From Eledone cirrhosa (lineage: Eukaryota): 64,000 nucleotides of DNA. The position numbers were made by a program, and so were the translations under genes. Location of the stretch: assembly GCA_964016885.1 (NCBI GenBank), contig OZ024743.1, forward strand, positions 265,856,001 through 265,920,000. The letters run 5' to 3'. Of the stretch, positions 14,532 through 29,770 are shown one piece after another. The stretch's first letter is position 1, and the number at the start of each line of letters is the position of its first letter. The notes beneath the pieces were generated by a model. The model was not told the DNA's origin, did no database searches, and saw only the letters and a list, made by a program, of their open reading frames with translations.

Positions 14532-14769
14532 GTAAGACATCCCTTATTTACACATATATGATATCCAAATATGCGTATATATGTGCGTGTTAGAATACAC
14601 TTAAAATACGTATATATATTGTTTATAGATATGAATTTGAGACAAATGGGTAAACAAAATTGATCTTGTATATTTCATCGCATATATTTTTTCCAGAGTG
14701 TGCATATGAGTGTATTTGCTAATAATATAATTTGAGAAGACGCGATGTATATATTTAAAAGATGCAGCT

Positions 14770-15600
14770 TCAACAAAATGGCCAAGCTGGTTGATCTTAG
14801 GACAACGTGTAGGTAGTCATGATCAAACCTGTTTAGATTTACGAGTGTTCCACCGGAGACAGGTTTAAACCCTACCTGTTCTAAGATGTATCGCATTAGG
14901 TGGAAGTTGTCGTGGATCGTTCTGCTATGGATTGCATAGATTTGAGAATTGCTGAAAAGACTAGTGGGGCAAAACACTAACCTGTGTACTTTCAGTCGAC
15001 ATTTAACTCCCAACAAATTGCTGGTCTTGTACCTATATTACAAATCATTATTACAAAAGTGTGGCGGATTGGCAGAATGATTAGAGTTCGCTCAAAATGC
15101 CTTATGGTTATTAGTTACGCCAAGTTCAAATTTGCTATGTGAGAGATAATATATAGTAGTCATCAGTTACTAGGGTCGATTTAATTGACTTCCTCAGATC
15201 AAATCCAATTGTTGGTGATGTACCTAATTGGAAACTATTGTAATTATTATTAGTAATTTGCAGCGGTTTCCGTCGAGACCTCAGGCGTCTCCGGACCTCA
15301 AAAAATGGGAACTGTAGCATCTTGTCTGAGGAAGGAGCCGCGAGAGGTGTGGTGGCTGTTGCAGCAGGTGTCACTGGCCATTGTCTACGGAAATGCGTTT
15401 AACGATTTCTCCGCAGTGCGCATCCGAAACACCGCCCCAACCTAGGTATAATGTATGTCACCCTCTTTACAGCTCCATCTCTGTCTTCCTTGGTTAATAG
15501 TCATTTCCATTTCCCTAGAGGCCTTGCTCCTTCCCTCCTTTTCTTCTCATTTATGGCATTTATAATCCTTTTCTTTACATTCCAAGACATCAGGATTTGA
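14770..15600 (-). mobile_element. Degenerate L1/Tx1-like LINE fragments interrupted by an old SINE (~15060-15245)
   Basis: Q.YAIHSRTIHDNFHLMRYILE...RFDHDYLHVVL resembles L1/Tx1 RT domains 2-3. A CFGC...HFRRQ zinc-knuckle-like remnant lies near 15380-15435. Confidence 0.55.
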
Positions 15601-16142
15601 TCTTCCTTAACCCTTCCCTCATGTTTCCATTACTTAATTTTATTTCTATTCGTTTTTGATATTTTCCATTATTTCATAACTTTCGTTTGTAAAATATAGT
15701 TGACATACAAAATCTTTGTTTAAATAATAATAATAAAAATATTAGTATCATATTAATCAGCATCATCTTGAACGTCATCATCAGCAGCAACACCAGCACA
15801 ATCATCATCATCATCTAGAATAATAATTATTATGCTTTTTTCCTGTAATCTACATCTAACATAGCATCCAAATTTCTACTAAACATTCAACATTTTTGAT
15901 ATAATTTTATACTAACATACAATATAATCTAAATATAATCAATATAATCTAAACAGTTATAATGAGAATAATCTGTTTCAATAACAGCCGAATAGCATCT
16001 CTGAGAAAATACAGAACAGATGTAAGAAAAATAATAAACATAAAACTTTAAAGACTAATTATATTATATGATCATTTTAGAAATCTCTATTTACATCCAG
16101 AGGGGAATAAATATATATGCATTTATGGAAAATGTGTATGAA

Positions 16143-16175
<33 letters not shown>

Positions 16176-16354
16176 GCATACGCACCCAAACGATTATCCA
16201 CACATACACAATTGCACGCAAACGTATACACATGCATAAATACATACATCTCTCACACTTTGTCTCTTTCTCTATTTCACTACAATGTATTAAATATATA
16301 ATATATTCTACTTTGATATTGTGATTTTTTCCTCGGGTTCTAAACACAACTACT

Positions 16355-16433
<79 letters not shown>

Positions 16434-16450
16434 ACACACACACACATACA

Positions 16451-16528
<78 letters not shown>

Positions 16529-16829
16529 TGCATATATTTAAATATATATAAATACATATATCAATTTGTATACAACTAGTAACGAGGTACTAGCCCGGGC
16601 AAGGTGATTTTGTGGAAGAGCAACAGTAGCCCATGTCTCCGTAACCCTATCCACACGGCCGGTGCCTGTCAAGAGAAAGGCAAAGCCGGATACAGCTTGA
16701 CATCAATGACGTCGCACGTGATTCCTACAACCGACTGAAAATGACCAAAGTGAAATAATTTGTCTTGAGCAAGGACACCAGGAATCACCCTGCCAGTAGA
16801 CAAGCCATCCTTATGGAGGGACTGAATGC

Positions 16830-17078
16830 TTGGGTGGCACATTCGGGACCCTTATTGAGGGGACTATTTCACCTTCATACCACAATATATGCATATTTCC
16901 TAATTATCACATCAACAACGCAGCAGTGTCCATGCGAGAATATGTGGTCTATAATTTCCCCTGCAAAAAAAGCAGCTCCTCATATATCGGAAGTTCCATA
17001 ATGAGACTACACATACGAACCAAGGAACACGTGAAAATGAGAGCCTCTTGCATTAAAATACATGTTGACAGATGGTGA
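16830..17078 (+). mobile_element. PLE GIY-YIG endonuclease fragment
   Basis: VVYNFPCKKSSSSYIGSSIMRLHIRTKEH fits the PLE VVY..C...YIG...R.L..R..EH pattern. Confidence 0.7.
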
Positions 17079-17086
17079 AATGAAGA

Positions 17087-17170
<84 letters not shown>

Positions 17171-17838
17171 CATAAGTTTGGCAGAAATATCCAAGGGTAA
17201 GAACACTCAGTCAATAGAACGAGTTAAATATAATTAGTTACGCTGATATATACAATGATATAGACAGGTACTTACGTTTCTTTGGGCTATTACACCCCAA
17301 CTCATTCAGCCTTTTAAATAAAATAGAAATGTTTACCTGTCAAGCTTGGTTTGAGGGCTTTAGAAAATACACGAAAATTCTTCAAGTTCAGATAATTTCG
17401 AATTTAGCTATAAATAAAGAAATAATTAAGATAATGTAAACGGAGGAACTACAAAAAAAGAAAACTACATGGGGTGGGACATGTGAAAAGTTATAATTCA
17501 AATAAATCAATTTCCTTGAAATTAAAATCAGTTAGTCTGATCTATACCATTTTCACAGAATGAAATTCGCTTTGTGTGGACGGCAACTCAAGCAATCGTT
17601 CGAGTATTTTCGCTGAACCCGTCTGCAAACAGCACGGACACTCTATCTCAAAATTATTTTTGAAAAGCATTTAGAAATGCGCAACCGGTAAAAACTTAAA
17701 AACTTAAAAGCACAACTGAATACTAACCCATACAATCACTAATACTCTTTTATTCCTAATTAAACCATTTTTCAACTCTGAACAATTTGTCAGCATTTTC
17801 TATTCCGTTTACCAATATATATATATATATAGAGAGAG

Positions 17839-18747
17839 AGAGAAAAATACTGCAGGTAGCACATGGTAACATGTAATAAAATATGTCCCTCATCAGTGAT
17901 TTGCCGAAGATCATAGATATTTCATTGCATTAAAAATCATATATCTCACTTCGGTGCAATAATAATCAAAATAAGTTATTAGGACAATTAAAACGCGTAA
18001 AGCGAGTGAGACAGGAGAACAACAGAAAATATAGCATACCGTAAGGGAGAAACAAGCTTCAAAAATTATTCTGTTTAGCATAAGCTAGGTGAATATATGA
18101 GCGCTTAGAGAATAGTACCAACACGAACGAAGGCTATCGAGCAGAGAGAGAAAAAACAGCGTTCGTGAGTGCAGGATGAAATGAAGAGAAGAGGGAGAAA
18201 AACAGTGAGTGAGTGAAAGTGTGAGGAAGAGTTAACGGACAAGACAGAGGGGGAGAAACAGAGGGAATGGGGGAACAGTAAGAGAGAGAGAAAAAAAACA
18301 CAGAATCGCAGTGGTAAATATATGTATTAAAATATAGAGAAAAATACTGCAGGTAGCACATGGTAACATGTAATAAAATAAGTTCCTCATCAGTGATTTG
18401 CCGAAGATCATAGATATTTCATTGCATTAAAAATCATATATCTCACTTCGGTGCAATAATAACCAAAATAAGTTATTAGGACAATTAAAACGCGTAAAGC
18501 GAGTGAGACAGGAGAACAACAGAAAATATAGCATACCGTAGGGGAGAAACAAGCTTCAAAAATTATTCTGTTTAGCATAAGCTAGGTGAATATATGAGCG
18601 CTTAGAGAATAGTACCAACACGAACGAAGGCTATCGAGCAGAGAGAGAAAAAACAGCGTTCGTGAGTGCAGGATGAAATGAAGAGAAGAGGGAGAAAAAC
18701 AGTGAGTGAGTGAAAGTGTGAGGAAGAGTTAACGGACAAGACAGAGG

Positions 18748-18751
<4 letters not shown>
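17839..18751 (-). repeat. Tandem 497-bp unit x ~1.8 inserted in (TA)n/(GA)n; a divergent monomer lies at 31669-32290 (+)
   Basis: Unit starts at 17839 and 18336 are nearly identical. It shares CTCTTCCTCAC..TTCACTCACTCA and GAAA..TGAT..ATCACTGATGA with 31669-32290. Confidence 0.85.
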
Positions 18752-18797
<46 letters not shown>

Positions 18798-19144
18798 TGC
18801 ATATCTGCGTATGCATGTGACGTGGGCATGTAGGTATATGCATACCCCCACCGCACACACACATATATATATATAGTCAAAGGCAGAGAGTGGAAAGTTG
18901 TAAACTAATGTCCGTTTTTATTTGTAACTATTAACGTGCGTTGTTGTTTAAATGTTATATTTGTATGTATATATGTAATTATTTCTTGACGCATCACCTT
19001 CCCCACATCGGTAACTCCAATTACGAGTATTTCGGAGATCGCTTAAATTGACGTGGCTTCTTTCTCGCTCGTAATGACTCTCACGTCCGACTGTGTGGGT
19101 GGGCTTCTTCTATAACTGTTTACTTACTTCTAGTTATTTTGCAG

Positions 19145-19294
19145 GAACCGACAGGAAAGCTGATATCTTCAGCCGATGGTGTGGCGGCACGCGACGAAAA
19201 TTTTACACCTACCACGCAAGTCTTTTCATCCACTTCCATTCAGATGCGTCATTGACTGGTCGAGGCTTCCAGCTATCATATTACATGGGATCAC
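19145..19294 (+). CDS. CUB-domain protein, exon C (C-terminal part of CUB 1)
   Basis: TTTGCAG acceptor, GTAAGT donor. 150 bp, phase 1 to 1. Encodes (G)TDRKADIFSRWCGGTRRKFYTYHASLFIHFHSDASLTGRGFQLSYYMGS (CG, F.SD....RGF...Y motifs). Confidence 0.92.
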
Positions 19295-20201
19295 GTAAGT
19301 TACTCATATATCAACATTTAAAACTGATACGAATAAATTTCGTTGTTTTACAAAAATTATTGTCGAAGTAAAAATAAAATTAAACATGAGAAACAAGAAA
19401 TTGCTAAATTTATCTGTATAAATTCTAAGTATTGATATTAACGTTTTACGTTACACAAATGTACTGGGGAGTAGGATTACAGTGACTTTAGTGGATCTCG
19501 ACAAATGAACATCAATCATTGGTTTATTAAAATCTTTTTCTGAGATTCGTTGTTCTTTTTCGGTTTTGATGGATTATGTTATGCAGTGTCTACGTTCAGG
19601 AAATAGGGGTCAATGTTAAGCATTGGAGAGAATTTTATGTCGATATTCTATTCCATCTCCTAGTCTTACATTGCCTTTGGTCAAACACTGATAATATTTA
19701 AATATACTTTCTATTACATTTATTTTAGAGTTTTGTTTTTTATTATCGCAAGAAATAAAATTAAATAGTTTCCTCGTACAATAGTCGGTGGCAAACTATA
19801 AACTAGCTTGACACATGTTAAAAGTGTTAATTAAAATACATACTATCTGTCATGTATAATGAAATGTAATATATTATAGTGATGATAAACATTCGTCACT
19901 TACAGAACAGTTTACGTTGCGAATTTTAAAGAGGTTATTGCTATGTCGATGGGGTCCCATCTGTACATATGACAATTTGGCATATATATATGGAAATATA
20001 ATTTCAGCGAGATCATATTTCGGCGGCGGCCAAAACAAAACGAAACGCAATTATTGAGATATGCCGGCAAGCGCTCAATGGACTAAGAAGAAGCCAGAGC
20101 AAATAACATACGTTATAAGGGACAGACACATAAAAATAGCTGTAAAGTGACAAGCCAGGCAGCCGAAAAAATGACCAAGCTAAACAGGTTAACAAATAAT
20201 A

Positions 20202-20469
20202 ACCTTCCCGGAAAGTGGTGGTAAAATCCAATGGGAGGTTTCTGTGACTTCTAAATCATGTATACTGTCTGCTTTCGTTGTAAGCTTTTAGTATAAAGAT
20301 CGAACAAGTTAGCCATTTCGTCAAGAGGTTTTCTGTTTTCAACCACGTCCTGAGTCCCAAGCTTAACAGTTTAACAAAACATTTACCTGGACCTTCCTGG
20401 AACTTGGTGGTAAATTCCAGTGGGAGGTTTCTGTGACTTCTAAATCAAGTATACTGTCTGCTTTCGTTG

Positions 20470-20470
<1 letters not shown>
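20202..20470. repeat. ~80-bp direct repeat with 189-bp period, ending in (TA)n
   Basis: ACCTTCC.GGAA..TGGTGGTAAA.TCCA.TGGGAGGTTTCTGTGACTTCTAAATCA.GTATACTGTCTGCTTTCGTTGT occurs at ~20202 and ~20391. Confidence 0.8.
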
Positions 20471-20506
<36 letters not shown>

Positions 20507-20784
20507 CAATGAAAACTTTTGCAAAACTACTCAGTGTAACCGTTTAAGTTTAACGAGTATTTAAATAATCATGACTATTTCTGAAAACATACGTACATCT
20601 TAAAAAAGAAATGTAATCCCCCACATCTCTGTATCCCCACTCCTCTCTCTCTCTCTCTATATATATATATAGAGAGAGAGAGGGAGAGATTTTGTGTATA
20701 TGTTGTTTGTATACCAACACCTCAGTATGCAGGCTGGAGCACTCGACGCAGTGCGCAGGTTGGTTTGGTTACTCCGGAGTAATG

Positions 20785-21122
20785 TAAAATAAAGTTAAAT
20801 AAAAAGTCAAATGTTTAAAATTTAGCTTCGTTTATTACTGCTATATATATTTCAGTGACAGCCATCTTTGGCTGTGACCTCTTCAGGCAGTCCGAATTAG
20901 TGTGGTATAGATTCCAGTTCCTCAGTGAAATAACAACCCAACCAGGAACTGGGCATATCAGAGTATTGACAATATTATACACCTCAACAATATATGTACT
21001 TGTCTATACAACACTAATTCGGACTGCCTGAAGAGGTCACAGCCAAAGATGGCTGTCACTGAAATATATATAGCAGTAATAAACGAAGCTAAATTTTAAA
21101 CATTTGACTTTTTATTTAACTT

Positions 21123-21129
<7 letters not shown>
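20785..21129. mobile_element. Fold-back HHR element, family B (127-bp arms, 91-nt spacer)
   Basis: Arms 20785-20911 and 21003-21129 are near-perfect complements. HHR ACTGC-CTGAAGA-[stem II]-GAAA-TATATA-TA-GCAGT at 21023-21077 (+) and 20837-20891 (-). Confidence 0.85.
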
Positions 21130-21160
<31 letters not shown>

Positions 21161-21164
<4 letters not shown>

Positions 21165-22154
21165 GAAAATAGGGAAATTAACGTAAGAAAAATGCCAACA
21201 ATAATTCATACATATAAGTGACTATACCATCAAGATGGAAAAAATGTTTAATATAAGATATGGGAAAAGTAATACAATCTTAATTTAAAACAAATCAAGA
21301 AGAGAAACTTTATCCTCAGACTTTGTGTGAATTTGGGAAAAAGCAGTACAATCTTAACTCAAAATAAAATCAAGAAGAAATACTTATCCGTCAATTTGGG
21401 GAAAACTACCAATGCACTATATAGTCTTAAAAGACTATTTCAGGAAACATTTCAGTGGGGTTAGTCACGGTTGGCGTCGATCTTCAGTAGTGCTCAACAC
21501 ATTAACTAGATCACCACTGCTAAAATACCGGAGGGGAATTAAAAGCAGTCAAGCGGCAGAGTGTAAAATTGAAAAAACAAAACACACGTGGACGCACGCC
21601 AGTGATGGCGGGATTAGACGAGAGGCTGTTTACAAGAAACACCAGTCAAAACATTCCGAAAAAACTCAACAAATATGGAGTTCAGCATAAGCAATATTAT
21701 CACAGTTTTTTTTTGCTTTTTTTTCAAAACCGGGATTACTCACAAATATTAAGTAGCACTCTAGGAAAACTCCGAGTATGAATATATAAATGAAAATAGA
21801 GAAATTAATGTAAGAAAAATGCCAACAATAATTCAGACATATACGTGACAATACCATCAAGATGAAAAAATGTTAATATAAGATATGGGAAAAGTAATAC
21901 AATCTTAATTTAAAACAAATCAAGAGGAGAAACTTTATCCTCAGACTTTGTGTAAGTTGGGGAAAAATCAGTACAATCTTAACTCAAAATGAATTCAAGA
22001 AGAATTACTAAACCGTCAATTTGGGGAAAACAACAAATGCACTATATCGTCTTAAAAGACTATTTCACGAAACTTTTCAGTAGGGGTTAGTCACGGTTGG
22101 CATCGATCTTCAGTAGTGCTCAATATATTAACTAGATCATCCCTGCTAAAATAC
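21161..22154 (-). mobile_element. Retrozyme-like tandem array, 627-nt unit x ~1.6, one HHR per unit
   Basis: Unit starts at 21161 and 21788. HHR GCACTA-CTGAAGA-[39-40 nt]-GAAA-TAGTCTTTTAAGACTA-TA-TAGTGC at 21414-21493, with a copy at 22039-22119. Confidence 0.8.
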
Positions 22155-22182
22155 ACTTATAAATAAATATATATATATATAC

Positions 22183-22280
<98 letters not shown>

Positions 22281-22432
22281 GGATACTATTTATGGTTATG
22301 TATATACTAAAACATTTTATAGTTATGTATATTTTAAGCCCTAAACAGTGAAGGTCAGTAATTTATTACTACCTTATTACCAGTAAGATAAATAGCTCAA
22401 TATAATAACATCAGTTGTTCTACAGATATATA

Positions 22433-22488
<56 letters not shown>

Positions 22489-22492
22489 TGTG

Positions 22493-23040
<548 letters not shown>

Positions 23041-23094
23041 TTATATATATATATGTGTATATATGTAATATATATATGTGTATATATATATATG

Positions 23095-23698
23095 GTCAGG
23101 TCACCAGTTGCTGCTACTGGTAACATGTATTCTAGTACAACCTGTCCCATGGTCGAGGCGTTGGCGACTAAACTGGCAACCCCACCAAGTTTTCTTGGTG
23201 AGGAGGATGACTTTTGACATCCTGCAGGACTAAAAACAAAACCTATCAAAGGGCAAAAGAGCTCTTAAGAGTCAATTGCCATCCAAAATCACCGGGAGAG
23301 ATGACCCTTTAACCTTTGTCAAGGCAGAATTCTAGGAGAAGGAAAACTCTGATATAACAGCTGCAACCTCGATGGTATCCAATGATCTTGACTTGTTCTT
23401 CTTTTTGTTAAATATCATCTAGGTTAAGAGAGTGGGACTGGCTTTGTGCAGTGCCTTTGCTCACAATAAATGCTTCACGGCACAGGCATTGCTTTATATC
23501 TGGAGATCCCTCTGCACTTGTCGTCACATGGTACCATGGGTCCAGCAATATGTGACAATAATTGTCACAAGTGTAATGTTTGTACCAGAGTTTTCAAGTC
23601 GCTGGCTTGACTAAAAAGTCACACTCGTTCAGCGCATCGCTAGGGGTTCTCCTACATGGATATAAAGTAGTGGCCGTACTCGAAAACGAGTTGGCAGC

Positions 23699-23701
<3 letters not shown>
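23095..23701. mobile_element. Dispersed ~600-bp non-coding repeat, possibly derived from a LINE 5' UTR; partial copy at 26261-26623
   Basis: 23339-23701 closely matches 26261-26623. Both copies sit in microsatellites and end at the same GAGTTGGCAGCCAC. Confidence 0.7.
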
Positions 23702-23741
<40 letters not shown>

Positions 23742-23747
<6 letters not shown>

Positions 23748-24531
23748 TTGGAGCTCGGAAATAGCAATATATATATGGATGTATATATAGTGTATTTTGT
23801 AATACACTTTATGCTTAATTAAAAGCATTTTGAAGACCGTAAGCTATTGTTTTTTAGAGTAGTGACACATTCACTTACTTTGATCTCAGCAAACAGTGGA
23901 GATAAGCCGACAAGGCCTTGTTTCGCTTTTGTCGAAGCTTATCAAGGCTAACTACTCCCACCTGTCTACCGAGATCACTGATGTTATATCTTATAGAATT
24001 CTAGTAAATAATCAGGAGCTGATTATGCAGCGCGGTTGTTGGTCAGGCAGAAATTAAAAATTAGAATTGGAGCTCTGAAATAGCAATATATATATGGATG
24101 TATATATAGTGTATTTTGCAATACACTTTATGCTTAATTAAAAGCATTTTGAAGACCGTAAGCTATTGTTTTTAGTGTAGTGACAAATTCACTTCCTTTG
24201 ATCTCAGCAAACAGGGGAGATAAGCCGCCAAGGTCTTGTTTCGCTTTTGTTGAAGCTTATCAAGGCTAACTACTACCACCTATCTACCGAGATCACTGAT
24301 GTTATATTCTTATAGAATTCTAGTAAATAATCAGGAGCTGATTATGCAGAGCGGTTGTTGGTCAGGCAGAAATTAAAAATTAGAATTGGAGCTCTGAAAT
24401 AGCAATATATATATGGATGTATATATAGTGTATTTTGCAATACACTTTATGCTTAATTAAAAGCATTTTGAAGACCGTAAGCTATTGTTTTTTAGAGTAG
24501 TGACAAATTCACTTACTTTGATCTCAGCAAA
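23742..24531 (-). mobile_element. Retrozyme-like tandem array, 319-nt unit x ~2.5, U3-A8 HHR
   Basis: Unit starts at 23742, 24061 and 24380. HHR AGCC-TTGATAA-GCTT CGACAA AAGC-GAAA-CAAGGCCTTG-TC-GGCT at 23905-23949. The copy at 24223-24267 has its triplet mutated to GGC. Confidence 0.85.
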
Positions 24532-25201
<670 letters not shown>

Positions 25202-25356
25202 GAGAGAGAGAGAAAGTGAGTGAGAGAGAGAGTGATGTTGGGGATTGGATTTGTTTTAAAGATGTACGTATGTTTTCAGAAATAGTAATGATTATTTAAG
25301 TAGTCTTTAAACTTAAACGGTTACACTGAGTAGTTTTGTAAAAGTTTTCATTGTTC

Positions 25357-25404
<48 letters not shown>

Positions 25405-26231
25405 ATATCCTAAAAAGTAGCTACAATGATGCACATTTTCCGGTTGGGGCTAATTTCTTTGAATTACAAACAGTTTGATTTCTGTGAAATATTTAAATTC
25501 GAAGCAACGGCAGTGAAATTAAAATATATAAACTATATTAACAAAATATAGCCTGTCTTAATAATTCTTTAGCTAATAATATATATATATGGGATGTGTT
25601 TATGTTTAATTGTGTGTGTGTGCCCGTGCATGTTTATGTGTGTCTTTTGGAGGTGAGTGTTTGTATTTGTATGTATATGTATGTATGTGTGATACGTATG
25701 TCTGAAACCGTATCAGTTATAGTAAAGTTATTACTACCATTTTTCAAAAATCTGTGAAAATTCAAATTTCCATTCTTCTGCACCTCAAAAATAAAATCTG
25801 CGCTTAATTCAGAAATAGCTAAAATTGGGAAAATTCTTCAGATATTCAAATATTCAATTTGTATATTTAAACTGTTTTCTCAATATTCCAATTCATGAAT
25901 TTCCATCTTGGAAAATTTAGCAAAAAGTTTATTTTCGCAATACTTGCTCTGCATTTGCTTATTTTATATATTACTGCAGTTCCCAAACTTCGCTTATGTT
26001 GCTGTATATATATGTTTTCGCTGATGCTTTTGAATTATGCGTCCTTTTGATGCACATGTCATTGATAATATTTTATTTACAAACTAATACATAGAATTAG
26101 ACCTTCTTCTATCACGATATATGTCGTGAGCAGGAAATGATAATGTTTTCTGATAAATCACATTATGAAATTCAACCTAAATTCAATACAAACTACAAGC
26201 AGATCGGCATGTATGTATGTATGTATGTATG

Positions 26232-26262
<31 letters not shown>

Positions 26263-26919
26263 GGAAAACTCTGATATAACACCTGCAACCCTGATGGTAT
26301 CCAATGATGTTGACTTGTTCTTCTTTTTGGTAAATATCATCTTGGTTAAGAGAGTGGGACTGGCTTTGTGCAGTGCCTTTGCTCACTATAAAAGCTTCAC
26401 GGCACAGGCATTGCTTTATATCTGGAGATCTCTCTGCACTTGTCGTTACATGGTACCATGGGCCCAGAACTATGTGTCAATAATTGTCACAAGTGTAGTA
26501 TTTGTACCAGAGTTTTCAAGTCGCTGGCTGGACTAAAAAGTCACACTCGTTCAGCGTATCGGTAGGGGTTCTCCTACATGGATATAAAGTAGTGGCCGTA
26601 CTCGAAAACGAGTTGGCAGCCACCATGTATGTATGTATGTATGTATGTATGTATGTATGTATGTATGTATGTATGTATGTATGTATGTGTGTGTATATAT
26701 GATGTATGTATGCCTGCCTGCATCTTTGTATGTATGTATGTATCTATATATGGATGGATGGGTGGATGTGTAATTGGATGGATTGTTGGATGTATATATG
26801 CAAGTATGTATTTATGTTTATATCCATATATCCATATATACCTGTATACATATATGTATATCTACATCTAGCTATGTATCGCTATCTATCAATGTATATA
26901 TATTTATACACTCACACAC

Positions 26920-27011
<92 letters not shown>

Positions 27012-27066
27012 TTCTCTTTTACCTGTTTCAGCCATCCGGCTGAGGCCATGCTGGGGCACCGCCCTT

Positions 27067-27094
<28 letters not shown>

Positions 27095-27101
<7 letters not shown>

Positions 27102-27448
27102 AAAAAAATATAAAATCGAAAATGCAACTGGAGTCTTATTTTTAAATATATATATATATTTATTTGGTTCCTTTACCGGTTTCGCAGTTCTTCTGCTTTT
27201 CAAAAGTAGTGTTGAGATGGAGGGTCTGTGGTTTCTCTCATATCTGGTGAGAAAAACCACAGATCTTCCAACTCAACTCTACTTTTGAAAAGCAGAAGAA
27301 CTGCGAAACCGGTAAAGGAACCAAATAAATATATATATATATATTTTAAATTAAGGCTCCAGCTGCATTTTCGATTTCATCCTTTTTTCTTTATACTTTC
27401 ACTCGTGTAGGACACCTCGGTTATTTTTCATTTTGTAAAAAAAATCAC

Positions 27449-27454
<6 letters not shown>
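27095..27454. mobile_element. Second family C fold-back element (7-nt spacer)
   Basis: Arms ~27095-27240 and 27248-27395, same tail as the 22.6-kb copy. U3-A8 HHR at 27282-27317 (+) and 27171-27206 (-). Confidence 0.85.
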
Positions 27455-27487
<33 letters not shown>

Positions 27488-28499
27488 ATTAAACCAGGAT
27501 TATACTAATTAGACAATTATTCATCTGAGTAATTGATACTTGGGATAGCTGACTCTGATTATACAAGATGTATCTGGTGCCCGACATCTATGCTTTTTTC
27601 CGTTTTGACAGCTAGCTCCAGTATAGAAATGCCTGTTAGAACAGCAGCAGCTCAGCCGTCGGTACCCGACTATTTCTAATATATATATATATGTGTGTGT
27701 CTGTGTAATATTCTCCGGTGAGGTAGAGTCGAATATTTGATATTTCAGCAATTGCCTAAATAGTAGACACACATACAGACGGTCACATAAATTAGAATCA
27801 TGGCCTAAAACTCATTCAAATGACGAACTTGTGATCTATTGAAGAAATGTTGTATTGACAATATTTTCATAGATGCAACATGCCTAAACCTTGTGAGTAT
27901 GATCCCAAATAAAAGGTATATTATCTTTGACCAATTGTGACCAGGACTTAAATCATGTTTCAAATCTATGCACAAAGCCAACTTCAGGAAGTAGAATGTC
28001 GATTCACTCGACCCTAGTACTTGATTGGTGCCGTATGTTATTTTATAGACTGCAGAAAGGTGACATAAAATATTCGGCTCGGCGGGATTTGAAGTGACGT
28101 TGTATAGGGATGCTCTAAAAATGAGCTGTTGCTGTTTTAACAGCTATTTCTAGCCAGGAGCTAGCTTTTGAAACGGCAGGAACTCAGGCGTTGAGCACCG
28201 ACTACTTCTAGGATAATCACACTCACTTATCCCAGATGCTCCATAAAAAAAATGCCAGTTTAATTGTTTCTACATTTGACACAAGGCCAGCAATTGGAAG
28301 GGATTGGCTATGTTGATTAAATTAACCCCATAGCGTAATTCGTACTTTATCGATCACATAAGGAAGAAAAGCAAAGCAAACTTGGGTGGCATTTGAATTC
28401 ACAACGTAAAGGGCTGTAACTATATGCCACAAAGCATATTGTCCGACGCTCTACCAATATTGCCAATCCATCACAATTGTTGGGGGTAAATAATTAAAA

Positions 28500-29655
28500 A
28501 GAAACAACAACAAAGAACACTTGGCCATAGTGGTAGGTGGACTGCCTGTCCCTGACCTTGTGGCGCAGAGACAGCTATCCCCACAGTAAGATTGAGCTGA
28601 AAGACCAGAGTCATACGGAACCCCAAAACCATCACTAAGTAAGGAAACTGATCGCATTATATAGTGGTGGGCCAGTGTAAATCTAACTTTTAAGGAACAT
28701 ATGTTTAATTTGAATTGCAAAATATATGCATAAGAGGAGGGGACGGCCGTTGGCGTCAGCATTGCTTGTGACCTGGCTAACCTCTTTATTGTATGGTGAT
28801 ACAGGGGACTTAAGGAACGCTTAGGTGAGAACTCTATAACCCTGACTCTGTACTCCTATTAGGTAGATAATATCAATATATTAGTTAAAACACCACCGCA
28901 GTAGAACAATCAGGAATTAGTAAGGAACACCATGGGGTGAATCCACCAAATAGGAAACTCCACCCAACAGAGGATTAAAGTTACCGTTGATTACCAAACC
29001 CAAAACCTCAACCATAGACTACCTGTACTAAACACAGAATTCTGGTTAGAACACCTTAGTAATAAAACACAGATTCCATTCACATTATGCCAAGTACCTG
29101 ATCCAGTAAAACTCAGCTTTTCACATAACGTGAAAATCAACATAATAATTACAGAATTCGTAAGAGTAAAGAAGTAGCCCCGCATGTGCGATTCTGAAGA
29201 ATTAGAGAGATATATACAACACTTCATCCACTGCATGAAGTTCTCTGGCTACAATGAGAGAAGCAAGATCAAATGTTATTCAGAAGTCAGGACCATAATG
29301 AATATAATGCGAATGGGCCTTGCCACATGTGTAGGAGCACATTTTGGAATAACATAGAGAGGTTCAAGATGGCAACAAATGATATGAACTCATGGTATGA
29401 CAGCAGCAGTTACCAGCGTGTAATATTCGTCAATGCAACCCTCAGGGGTGAACAAGCATGCAGATTTAGAAGGGCTCTGGACAAATTTTATATAAAGAAA
29501 GTAGAAAATCCTGGAATTCCGATAAAAGCCCTGCTTAGAAGAAGTATCCTTCTGACAAAACCTCCTGGAACTGACAGAAAATGTATAGTCTGCAGATTAA
29601 GCCCTCAAATTAAAAGTAAATTAACGGGGAAATTTTAATAAATTGAAGTGAAAAC
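28500..29655 (+). mobile_element. Degenerate PLE RT/linker remnant (Neptune-like)
   Basis: Broken frames give GTAVGVSIACDLANLFIVW, Y*VDNIN (YVDD equivalent), LTVDY..RLPVL, VIFVNAT..GE and C..C. Confidence 0.65.
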
Positions 29656-29691
29656 AAATGTATGTATATGTATATATATATATATGTGTGT

Positions 29692-29770
<79 letters not shown>

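Noticed and set aside
19860-20000. MSMGSHL..IYME-like PLE RT remnant
   Set aside because: Too short and broken to call with confidence.
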